Shown here: positions 10,909 through 19,395 of the stretch, piece after piece
Position numbering within the stretch: the stretch's first letter is position 1
How the letters are laid out: each line of letters starts with the position of its first letter
Source: Burkholderiales bacterium
GTDB taxonomy: Bacteria > Pseudomonadota > Gammaproteobacteria > Burkholderiales > Burkholderiaceae_C
Direction: 5' to 3'
Assembly (NCBI GenBank): GCA_038258415.1
Contig: JBBSPY010000001.1
Coordinates: forward strand, 1-53,765
Length of the DNA stretch: 53,765 nt
Notes under the pieces: generated by a model
What the model was told of the DNA's origin: nothing
The model's database searches: none
What the model saw: only the letters and a program-made list of their open reading frames with translations
Translations under genes and position numbers: made by a program

Positions 10909-11490
10909 ATGGAACTCACCGGCAGTCGCACCATCCTCGCTCCGCGCGACGCGACCTGGGCTGCGCTGAACGACCCCGCTTCGCTCAAGGCGTGCATCGC
11001 AGGATGCGAATCGCTCGAGCGCACGGACGACAACGCCTACACCGCCGTGGTGGCGATGAGGGTCGGCCCGGTCAGCGCGCGCTTCAAGGGCAACCTGAAG
11101 ATGACCGACGTCGATCCGCCCAACGGCTACACGATGGCGTTCGACGGGCAGGGCGGCGTCGCCGGCTTCGGCAAGGGCTCGGCGACGGTGAAGCTCGAGC
11201 CGCAGGGTGAATCGACGCTGCTAACCTATGCGGCGAAGGCCAGCGTCGGCGGCAAGCTCGCGCAGATCGGTTCGCGCCTCGTCGACGCTGCTGCGGCGAA
11301 GGTGACAGACGACTTCTTCGCCGCCTTCGAGGAACTGCTCGCGTCGCGTCAGCCGGTGACGGCATCGCCGAGCGCGAAGCCGGTCGCGCGCACAGCCCCG
11401 CCGCTGCGTGCTGCGCAACCGGTCGGCGCACTCGGCTGGGCGCTCGCGGCGATCGTGCTGGTGGTGACGCTGGTGGCCGTCCTTCGCTGA
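10909..11490 (+). CDS. coxG: CoxG-like SRPBCC protein with C-terminal membrane anchor
   Basis: WAALNDP...CIAGCE and VGGKLAQIGSRLVD, hydrophobic C-terminus; GGAG RBS. Confidence 0.88.
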   Translation: MELTGSRTILAPRDATWAALNDPASLKACIAGCESLERTDDNAYTAVVAMRVGPVSARFKGNLKMTDVDPPNGYTMAFDGQGGVAGFGKGSATVKLEPQGESTLLTYAAKASVGGKLAQIGSRLVDAAAAKVTDDFFAAFEELLASRQPVTASPSAKPVARTAPPLRAAQPVGALGWALAAIVLVVTLVAVLR

Positions 11491-11504
11491 CGGGTTCGGG
11501 CGCC

Positions 11505-12410
11505 ATGGCCTCGATGCGCCTCACGCCCGGCACCGTGCTCCTGCTCGTGGTGCCGCCGCTGATGTGGGCGGCGAACGCGGTCGTCGGCCGGGCGGTGCGC
11601 GACCTCGTTCCACCGCTGACGCTCAACTTCCTGCGCTGGGCGTTTGCCTTCGTCGTGTTGCTGCCGTTCGCAGCACGCGTCCTGCGGCCCGGCAGCGACC
11701 TCTGGCGCCACACCGGTTGGTACGCGTTGCTCGGGCTCGTGGGCATCGGCTCCTACAACGCCCTGCAGTACCTGGCATTGCAGACCTCGACGCCCATCAA
11801 CGTGACACTCGTCGCGTCGAGCGTCCCGCTCTTCATGCTGGCGATCGGCGCGATCGGCTTCGGCGCTGCGGTGTCGCGCCGGGCGCTGCTCGGTGCCGCG
11901 CTGTCGATCGCGGGCGTGCTGCTCGTGCTCGCGCACGGCGATCCGGCACGGCTTCTCGAACTCAGGCTGGTTCCAGGCGACGTGATCATCCTCATCGCGA
12001 CGGCCCTGTGGGCGCTGTACAGCTGGCTGTTGTCGCGCACCGGCGGGCCAGCCTCGATCCGCGACGACTGGGCGGCGTTCCTGATGGCGCAACTCGTGTT
12101 CGGCGTGATGTGGTCGGGGGCTTTCGCCGCCGGCGAACAGGTGCTGCTGACACCGGAGCCGATCCGCTGGGGCTGGCCCCTGGTGGCCGGACTCGCCTTC
12201 ATCGTGATCGGGCCGGCGATCATCGCCTACCGCTGCTGGGGAGCCGCCGTCCGCCGCGTCGGGCCCACGGTCGCGGGCTTCTTCCAGAACCTCACACCGC
12301 TGCTGGCGGCCATCCTCTCGGCCGGCTTCCTCGGCGAGGCTCCGCACTGGTATCACGCGGCGGCCTTCGTGCTGATCGTCGCCGGGATCGTGCTGTCGGC
12401 GCGCACGTGA
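11505..12410 (+). CDS. DMT/EamA family transporter
   Basis: About 10 hydrophobic helices in two repeats (WAANAVVGR...LNFLRW; WALYSWLL). Confidence 0.88.
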   Translation: MASMRLTPGTVLLLVVPPLMWAANAVVGRAVRDLVPPLTLNFLRWAFAFVVLLPFAARVLRPGSDLWRHTGWYALLGLVGIGSYNALQYLALQTSTPINVTLVASSVPLFMLAIGAIGFGAAVSRRALLGAALSIAGVLLVLAHGDPARLLELRLVPGDVIILIATALWALYSWLLSRTGGPASIRDDWAAFLMAQLVFGVMWSGAFAAGEQVLLTPEPIRWGWPLVAGLAFIVIGPAIIAYRCWGAAVRRVGPTVAGFFQNLTPLLAAILSAGFLGEAPHWYHAAAFVLIVAGIVLSART

Positions 12411-14614
12411 CGTTTGCGATGGTCGGCGGCCGACATGCCGCTCGCGACGACGGCAGACGCGGCATCGTCGGGTTGGTCGCGGCGGCTGCGGTCTCGTTCA
12501 CCGCGCTGTCCGCTCCCCACGATGTCGCTGCACAGGACGCAGGGCTGCCCACCTCGACCCTTTCGCCGGTGGTCGTGACGGCGACCCGCACCTCGCGCTC
12601 GCCGTTCGACGTCGCAGCCTCGATCGACCGCATCGACGGTGACGACGTGCGGCTCGACCGCGCTCGCATCAACCTTTCCGAAAGCCTCGGCGGCGTTCCG
12701 GGCCTCGTGGCGCGCGACCGGCAGAACTACGCCCAGGACGTGCAGATCTCCGTTCGCGGCTTCGGTGCCCGTGCGTCGTTCGGCGTCCGTGGCGTCCGCC
12801 TCTATGTCGACGGGATTCCGGCGACGCTGCCCGACGGGCAGGGCCAGATCTCGAACGTCGAGCTGTCGTCGGTCGACCGGATCGAGGTGTTGCGCGGACC
12901 GTTCTCGGCGCTCTACGGCAACTCGTCGGGCGGCGTGCTGCAGGTGTTCACGGAGGAAGGCCGCGGGACTCCGCGGGTCGAGGCCGGTGCGTCGACTGGC
13001 AGCGACGCGTCGCGACGAATCGGGCTGCGCGCCGTTGGTGGCCTCCGCGGCGATGGCGGTGCACCGGCGTTCGGCTATGCCGTATCGGCGAGCCGGTTCA
13101 CGACCGACGGCTACCGCGACCACAGCGCCGCCGAGCGCTCGATCGGCAACGTCAAGCTGACGTTCGACGGCGACCGCGCAGGCAAGCTGACGCTGATCGC
13201 CAACCGCGTCGTCGTTCCCGAGGCGGAGGATCCGCTGGGCCTGACGCGGGCGCAGTTCGAAGCCGACCCACGCGGCGTCGATCCGGCGGCGCTCAAGTTC
13301 GACACGCGCAAGTCGTTCGACCAGACGCAGGCGGGGTTGACGTACGAACGGGCGTTCGACGGTGGGCATGCGCTGCGAGCGCTGGTCTATGCCGGCCGGC
13401 GGAGTGCCGAGCAGTTCCAGTCGATTCCGGTCGCCGTGCAGGCGGGCCTGTTGCACCCGGGCGGCGTCATCGCGCTCGACCGCGACTACGCCGGCGCCGA
13501 TGTCCGATGGCGCTGGAGGGGCGAGGTCGCGACGACGCCGCTGTCGGTCGTCGCCGGGCTGAGCTGGGATGCGCTGCGCGAACACCGCGAGGGCTACACC
13601 AACTTCTCGGGGAGCGAACTCGGCGTTCGTGGCGAGCTGCGTCGTGACGAACGCAACCGCGTCTCGAATCTCGATCCCTACGTGCAGCTTGCATGGATGC
13701 CGGCGCCGGGCTGGACCGTCGACGCGGGCGTGCGACGCAGCCGCGTGCGCTTCGTCTCGAGCGATGCGTACGTCGCCGGTCCCAACCCCGACGACAGCGG
13801 CCGCGTCGCGTACTCGGCCACGCTGCCCGTGCTCGGCGTGATGGTCGCGGCGAGCGACGACGTGCACCCCTATGCAACGATCGGCCGCGGCTTCGAGACG
13901 CCCACCCTCAACGAGCTCGCTTACCGACCGGGCGGTGGCACCGGACTCAACCTCGCCCTGAAGGCGTCGCGCAGCACCAGCGTCGAAGCCGGCGTGAAGA
14001 CGCGAATCGCGAGCGTCGGCGACCTGAACGCGGCGGTGTTCCAGACCGACACCGACGACGAGATCGTCACGCAGACGAACGTCGGCGGTCGGTCGACGTA
14101 TCGAAACGCGGGGGCGACCCGGCGGCGCGGCCTGGAGGTGTCGTGGACCCGCACGGCGTTCGGTGCGGCTCGCGCCGACGTCGCCTACACGCTGCTCGAC
14201 GCACGTTACCGCGACGCTTTCGTCACCTGCTCGGCGTCGCCGTGCACGACGCCGACGCTGGCGATCCCGGCCGGCAACCGGCTGCCCGGGATCGCGCGCA
14301 CGACGTGGTTCGCCTCGCTGGCGTGGCGGCCGGCGACGGGACTGCGCGGCGGCGTAGAGCTGCGTGCCTCGAGCCGGGTCTGGGTCGACGACGCCAACAG
14401 CGATGCCGCCTCGGGCCATGCGATCGCCGCCGCGACCGCCGGTTACGGGGCGAGCGTCGGCGCCTGGCGACTCGACGCCTTCGCCCGGGCCGACAACCTG
14501 TTCGCGCGTCGCATCGCCGGTTCGGTGATCGTCAACGAGGGCAATCGCCGCTTCTTCGAGCCGGCGCCGGGCCGTACCTGGCTTCTTGGCGCTACAGCGG
14601 CCCTCTCGTTCTGA
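12407..14614 (+). CDS. TonB-dependent receptor, YncD/PqqU-like
   Basis: Plug segment RQNYAQDVQISVRGFGARASFGVRGVRLYVDGIPATLPDGQGQ closely matches my recollection of E. coli YncD; TonB box VVVTATR; C-terminal Phe. Start is GTG 12407 or ATG 12419. Confidence 0.85.
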   Translation: MTFAMVGGRHAARDDGRRGIVGLVAAAAVSFTALSAPHDVAAQDAGLPTSTLSPVVVTATRTSRSPFDVAASIDRIDGDDVRLDRARINLSESLGGVPGLVARDRQNYAQDVQISVRGFGARASFGVRGVRLYVDGIPATLPDGQGQISNVELSSVDRIEVLRGPFSALYGNSSGGVLQVFTEEGRGTPRVEAGASTGSDASRRIGLRAVGGLRGDGGAPAFGYAVSASRFTTDGYRDHSAAERSIGNVKLTFDGDRAGKLTLIANRVVVPEAEDPLGLTRAQFEADPRGVDPAALKFDTRKSFDQTQAGLTYERAFDGGHALRALVYAGRRSAEQFQSIPVAVQAGLLHPGGVIALDRDYAGADVRWRWRGEVATTPLSVVAGLSWDALREHREGYTNFSGSELGVRGELRRDERNRVSNLDPYVQLAWMPAPGWTVDAGVRRSRVRFVSSDAYVAGPNPDDSGRVAYSATLPVLGVMVAASDDVHPYATIGRGFETPTLNELAYRPGGGTGLNLALKASRSTSVEAGVKTRIASVGDLNAAVFQTDTDDEIVTQTNVGGRSTYRNAGATRRRGLEVSWTRTAFGAARADVAYTLLDARYRDAFVTCSASPCTTPTLAIPAGNRLPGIARTTWFASLAWRPATGLRGGVELRASSRVWVDDANSDAASGHAIAAATAGYGASVGAWRLDAFARADNLFARRIAGSVIVNEGNRRFFEPAPGRTWLLGATAALSF

Positions 14615-14677
14615 TCCACCGGCAGGCTCGCCGATTGCCCAGCTGCCGCATCGCCGGTCATCGCCCAGGAGTTCCGC

Positions 14678-16024
14678 TTGCATCCTCTCACTGCCACCCG
14701 TTCCGTGGTGTTCATCACCATCGCCGGCATGGCGCTTTCAGCGTGTGCCCTGCCCGGCGATGCCGACCGCGCACCGGTGGCCTCGCCGTCAGACACCGTC
14801 GGGCCGAACCCGCGCATCGCGCCGGTCGACAAGAGCCTGCTGCCGACCGTGCAGATCGCACCTGCCAAGGGTTGGTCGGCGGGCGAGAAGCCGACCGCGG
14901 CGTCGGGTGTCGTCGTCAATGCCTTCGCGACCGGGCTCGACCATCCGCGCTGGGTCTACGTGATGCCCAACGGAGACGTACTCGTCGCCGAGACCAATGC
15001 GCCGCCGAAGCCGGAGGACGGCAAGGGCATCAAGGGCAAGGTGATGAAGTTCGTGCAGGGCAGGGCGGGCGCCGGCGTCCGGTCGGCGAACCGCATCACG
15101 CTGCTGCGCGACGCCGACGGCGACGGCGTCGCCGAGACGAAAACCGTCTTCATCGCCAACCTGAATTCGCCCTTCGGCATGGTGCTGGTCGGCTCCGACT
15201 TCTACGTCGCCGACACCGACGCAGTGCTGCGCTTTCCGTACACGGTCGGGCAGACCAGCATCGCGGCTGCCGGCACGAAGGTGACCGACCTGCCGGCCGG
15301 GCCGATCAACCACCACTGGACGAAGAACGTCATCGCGTCGCCTGACGGCACGAAGCTCTACGCGACCGCCGGTTCCAACAGCAACGTCGCGGAGAACGGC
15401 ATGGCCGCCGAGGAAGGTCGCGCCGCCGTCTGGGAGATCGACCGTGCGAGCGGCCGCAAGCGCCTGTTCGCGACGGGCCTGCGCAACCCGAACGGCATGG
15501 CCTGGGCAGCCGACGCGGGCGCGCTCTGGACCGTCGCCAACGAGCGCGACGAACTCGGCAACGACCTCGTGCCGGACTACCTCACGTCGGTGAAGGACGG
15601 CGCCTTCTACGGCTGGCCCTACAGCTACTACGGCCAGCACGTCGACACGCGCGTCAAGCCGCCGCGTCCCGATCTCGTCGCCAGGGCGATCCCGCCCGAC
15701 TACGCGCTCGGCGCCCACGTCGCGGCGCTCGGGCTTGCCGCTGCCGGAACGACCGCGCTGCCGGCACCGTTCGCCAACGGCATGTTCATCGGCGAGCACG
15801 GCTCGTGGAACCGCAAGCCTCCGGTCGGCTACAAGGTGGTGTTCGTTCCGTTCGCACAGGGCAAGCCCTCGGGCCCGCCGGTCGACGTGCTCACCGGGTT
15901 CGTCGACCGCGATGGCGACGCGCACGGCCGGCCGGTCGGTGTGGCGATCGACGGCAAGGGCGCGCTGCTCGTGGCCGACGACGTCGGCAACACGATCTGG
16001 CGGGCGGTCGGCGCGAACCCCTGA
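14678..16024 (+). CDS. Sorbosone dehydrogenase family (PQQ-dependent sugar dehydrogenase) lipoprotein
   Basis: Lipobox LSAC; GLDHPRW, HHWTKN, GSNSN, GLRNPNG, NERDELG and GRPVGV motifs; AGGAG before the TTG start. Confidence 0.88.
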   Translation: MHPLTATRSVVFITIAGMALSACALPGDADRAPVASPSDTVGPNPRIAPVDKSLLPTVQIAPAKGWSAGEKPTAASGVVVNAFATGLDHPRWVYVMPNGDVLVAETNAPPKPEDGKGIKGKVMKFVQGRAGAGVRSANRITLLRDADGDGVAETKTVFIANLNSPFGMVLVGSDFYVADTDAVLRFPYTVGQTSIAAAGTKVTDLPAGPINHHWTKNVIASPDGTKLYATAGSNSNVAENGMAAEEGRAAVWEIDRASGRKRLFATGLRNPNGMAWAADAGALWTVANERDELGNDLVPDYLTSVKDGAFYGWPYSYYGQHVDTRVKPPRPDLVARAIPPDYALGAHVAALGLAAAGTTALPAPFANGMFIGEHGSWNRKPPVGYKVVFVPFAQGKPSGPPVDVLTGFVDRDGDAHGRPVGVAIDGKGALLVADDVGNTIWRAVGANP

Positions 16025-16092
16025 GCGTCGCGCGGCCGCCCGACGTGACGGAGTTCATGGCTTGCGGATGCGAGCCGTCCTAGACTGACGCG

Positions 16093-16518
16093 ATGTTCAT
16101 CGCCTCCTCCGTCATCGGCGTCGCGATCGCGGCATGCCTGGGCTTCGCGGCCGGTGCGGCCATCGGCTGGCTCGCGACGGGGCTGCGTTGGCAGCGCAAG
16201 CTCGCCGCCGCGACCGACAAGCAGGCACGGCTGTCGGCTCAGCTCAAGATGGAGCAGACCCGCGGCGTCGGCCTGGTCGATCAGGTCCGGGCGCTTCAGG
16301 CCGAACTGCGGTCGTACAAGGACGGGGGTGCCGCGAAGCCGGCGCAACGGCCTGCTCCCGCCCCGACTGTGCCCCGCGCCGAGATCAAGGCCATGGACGA
16401 GCTCTTCATCGCGTCCGATCGCCGACCAAATCCCAGCGGATTCGAAGACACGCAGGTGATGATGGGAGATCCGCGGGCGCTGTTGGCCGAGGACGGGCCC
16501 ACAGGCCCCCGGCGATAG
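16093..16518 (+). CDS. Hypothetical membrane-anchored coiled-coil protein
   Basis: N-terminal TM helix, coiled-coil-like segment, Pro/Ala linker and GFEDTQVM tail; TAGACT 6 nt before the ATG. Confidence 0.7.
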   Translation: MFIASSVIGVAIAACLGFAAGAAIGWLATGLRWQRKLAAATDKQARLSAQLKMEQTRGVGLVDQVRALQAELRSYKDGGAAKPAQRPAPAPTVPRAEIKAMDELFIASDRRPNPSGFEDTQVMMGDPRALLAEDGPTGPRR

Positions 16519-16609
16519 CGTTCGACGACTGGGCCAAATCGGCGCCTACCCGAGACCCGCGGTTCGGGCATCACGTCGACCGCCTTCGCAGCGGCATCAC
16601 CGGCGCCCC

Positions 16610-19111
16610 TCACTTCAGGATCGACCGCAGCGCGGCCAATCCCCTGTTCGAAGTCTTGTTCGGCGCTGCATGCTTCTGCAGACCGCCACCGGCGTGCTGT
16701 CGGATCAACTGGCCATCGAGCACGACATCGCGAAATCCGTCGCGGTTCAGGTCGCCGACGGCCAGCGTCTGCGTACCGACATAGCTCGGTTGCTTGCTGA
16801 CGTACAGGTCTTCTGGTGAGAAGCCGCCGCCCGCCTGTTGATAAAGAATGCCCAACAGCGACTCGCTGAAGTGGCCGACCACGATGTCCTTGCGGCCATC
16901 GTTGTCGATGTCGGCGATGACGAGCGACACGGCATTCTGCTCGGCTTGCACGCGCTCGACCGGACCCAGCGTTCCGTTCGCCATCGGTCGCCACAGCGCG
17001 ACGAAATTAATCGAGCTGGTCGCCACGACTTCTGCCCTTCCATCGCCGTCAAGGTCACCTACGGCGACCCGGTTGATGCCGTAGTAACCGCCTGCGGCGT
17101 AGGCGACAGCCGGGGCGAACGAGCCGTCGGCCTGCTGCAGCATCACGCCGACGTCCTCTCCGGAGGCGCCGAGGAGAGCGACGACGATGTCAAGCCGTCC
17201 GTCGCCGTCGATGTCGCCGACAGCGAGGTCTTTCAGTCCGGCAAAGGGTCCGATCGAAGGGCTTGCCGAGAGCGTCAGCGCCCCGCCGGTACCTTGCCTC
17301 CACACCGCGAGCGTCGCGATGGAGCCGCCGCCCAGCAGCTCGAGGCTGCCGTCTCCGTCGAGGTCGGCGATGACGACGCGGAAAATGTCGAGGCCAGGGA
17401 GGTGCTGCCCCACGGTGTGGCCGCCGCCGGCGGTCTGGCGCAGGATCTGCACGCCGCAGCCGTAGCCGGCCAGTGCGATGTCGGGGCGACCATCACCGTC
17501 GAGGTCGCCGATGGCGATGCTGGTGGCCGGGCAGGTGAACTGCGTGCCGACGTCCAGAACGACCGGCGCCGCCAGGGTGCCGTCCGCCTGGCCGGCGAAC
17601 AGGAACACGCCGCCCGGCTGTCCCGGCGTGGCGTTCGAATCGGTGCCGAGCAGCACATCGGCGATGCCGTCGCCGTTGACGTCGCCGATCGCCACCGCCG
17701 GCCCGACCACGCTCTCGACCAGTGGCGTCGGGAAACCGAAGCGACCCTGCGTCGTCTTGAACGACAGGTTGTAGACCATCGGATTGCCCGCGAGGTCGAA
17801 CGCCGCGACCGCGGCATCGTAGGTCTTGCGCAGGCCGAGCGGCGCCGTGAGCGTGAGTGTGACCCGATTGCCGGACGCGGTCACGGTGACCGGGATCTGG
17901 GTGTTTCCTTCGAACAGGCGGGTGTTGAATGCGTTGATGAAGGCTGGATCGACTGGCTCGCTGAAGTCGACGGTGATCGTCGAGGTCGTGAGCGGAACGT
18001 CGACCGCGTTCATGCCGGGCGACGACGCCACGACGCCGGGCGCTGTGTCATCGATCGCGAACGTCCAGGTCTTCGGGGGCGCCAGTGCGTTGCCCACCAG
18101 ATCGGTCACGCCGTCGAGCGTTGCAACGTAGACGCCATCGCTCCACGGAGCGGCGGGCGTGAATCGGAGGGTGGCGTCATCGGCCTGCAGCGCCACCGTT
18201 CCTGGCACCGCCACGCCTTGCGCGTCGCGCACGAGCAGCGAGCCCGCGCCGACGGAATGTCGGTCGAGCACTTCGCTCAACACCGCGCTGATGTTCGCCA
18301 CGGCGGATCGGACCGGCAGCGTCGGCGTGACCGACATGACCGTGGGTGCCACCGCTTCGCTGCGCCGATTCCCGACGCCGTAGGCGGCGAGTCGCGAGCT
18401 GTAGTTTTCGTCGAAGCCCGCGCCGCTGATCCGAACGGTGCTTTGCACCTCGCCGACGCCGTTGCCGTACCAGACGTCGCCCATGATGGTCACGGTGACA
18501 GGGGAAGCGCCGCCACTCGGAATGATCCGTTCGGTCAGGGTCTGGCGCTGGTGCAGCGCCTCCGTGAAGCTGCCGGCAGCCGTCGAGACCGTTTCGAGGC
18601 CAACGACCGTGATCTCGGAATGCAGGGCCAGCCGGTCGGTGCGACCGTCGCCGTCAAAGTCGAGGCCGCTGTCGATCGTCGTGTCGAGTTGCGTAAACGT
18701 GTCACCCACGCGCAGCGGGAAACGCATGATCTGCAGCCCGTCCAGGGCTCGCTCGATGGTGTCCGTCGGGGCCGGCGTTGCGTACTGGCGCACGCCGTCG
18801 GCGGCTACGGCGTAGATCGTCTGATCGACAAGGCCCCCCAAACTGCGGTCTTCGGTTTCGACCAGCGTGCCGGAGATGCCGCCGACGCTTCCCGGGCCGA
18901 CCACTCGCACGCCCAGGACGCTGCTGCCGGCGTCTCCCTCGTAGTACCACCGTGCGCCCGCGTCCAAAGGGAAGTAGTTGCCCCCCAGGGCAGCACCTTC
19001 ACCGTCGCTGCCTCCGCCGCCTCCGCCGCCCCCGCACGACGTGAGCGCCGCGGCGAACGTGAAGGCGAGGACCCGCACGCCCCCCTGGACTGATCGATTC
19101 CTCGTGGCCAT
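16610..19111 (-). CDS. Surface lipoprotein with Ig-like (Big_5-type) domains and FG-GAP/VCBS repeats
   Basis: AGGAGGT RBS before ATG 19111; lipobox LTSC followed by poly-Gly; two Ig-like units (APTVMSVTP..., APGVVASSP...FSEPVD); about seven GDxxGDGxxD-type repeats. Confidence 0.85.
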   Translation of the reverse strand: MATRNRSVQGGVRVLAFTFAAALTSCGGGGGGGGSDGEGAALGGNYFPLDAGARWYYEGDAGSSVLGVRVVGPGSVGGISGTLVETEDRSLGGLVDQTIYAVAADGVRQYATPAPTDTIERALDGLQIMRFPLRVGDTFTQLDTTIDSGLDFDGDGRTDRLALHSEITVVGLETVSTAAGSFTEALHQRQTLTERIIPSGGASPVTVTIMGDVWYGNGVGEVQSTVRISGAGFDENYSSRLAAYGVGNRRSEAVAPTVMSVTPTLPVRSAVANISAVLSEVLDRHSVGAGSLLVRDAQGVAVPGTVALQADDATLRFTPAAPWSDGVYVATLDGVTDLVGNALAPPKTWTFAIDDTAPGVVASSPGMNAVDVPLTTSTITVDFSEPVDPAFINAFNTRLFEGNTQIPVTVTASGNRVTLTLTAPLGLRKTYDAAVAAFDLAGNPMVYNLSFKTTQGRFGFPTPLVESVVGPAVAIGDVNGDGIADVLLGTDSNATPGQPGGVFLFAGQADGTLAAPVVLDVGTQFTCPATSIAIGDLDGDGRPDIALAGYGCGVQILRQTAGGGHTVGQHLPGLDIFRVVIADLDGDGSLELLGGGSIATLAVWRQGTGGALTLSASPSIGPFAGLKDLAVGDIDGDGRLDIVVALLGASGEDVGVMLQQADGSFAPAVAYAAGGYYGINRVAVGDLDGDGRAEVVATSSINFVALWRPMANGTLGPVERVQAEQNAVSLVIADIDNDGRKDIVVGHFSESLLGILYQQAGGGFSPEDLYVSKQPSYVGTQTLAVGDLNRDGFRDVVLDGQLIRQHAGGGLQKHAAPNKTSNRGLAALRSILK

Positions 19112-19288
19112 CGCAAACCTCCTGCCGCCAAGGTAACCCACGGCCAAGCGCGACGCACAGGGGAAAGTCCTTCCACACCCCTCAAGGTGATTCGGTGGGC
19201 CACGCGCTCCTACTTAGGGGTGATCTCGTTCGCGAAACGTTGTCGCTCGCGACGAGCCGTTGCCGGCCGATTCAATGAAGGAGGAACC

Positions 19289-19364
19289 TGGTGCCGGCGA
19301 GAAGAGTCGAACTCCCGACCTTCGCATTACGAATGCGCTGCTCTACCAACTGAGCTACGCCGGC
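19289..19364 (-). tRNA. tRNA-Thr(CGT)
   Basis: The reverse complement GCCGGCGTAGCTCAGTTGGTAGAGCAGCGCATTCGTAATGCGAAGGTCGGGAGTTCGACTCTTCTCGCCGGCACCA folds as a cloverleaf with anticodon CGT and an encoded CCA. Confidence 0.97.
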
Positions 19365-19373
19365 CAACCCGCG

Positions 19374-19379
19374 ATTCTA
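19374..19379 (-). promoter_or_regulatory. -10 element TAGAAT for tRNA-Thr
   Basis: TAGAAT lies 9 nt upstream of the tRNA 5' end and is followed by a GC-rich discriminator. Confidence 0.55.
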
Positions 19380-19395
19380 GCGGAGGGTCACGCCC

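Noticed and set aside
16730-17700. Repeating GTCGCCG/CCGTCG units as a CRISPR or DNA repeat array
   Set aside because: They encode FG-GAP protein repeats, are degenerate, and have no repeat-spacer structure or cas genes.
16519-19364. Intact genomic island or prophage at tRNA-Thr
   Set aside because: No integrase was found, and no duplicate of the tRNA 3' end was seen near 16519-16610.
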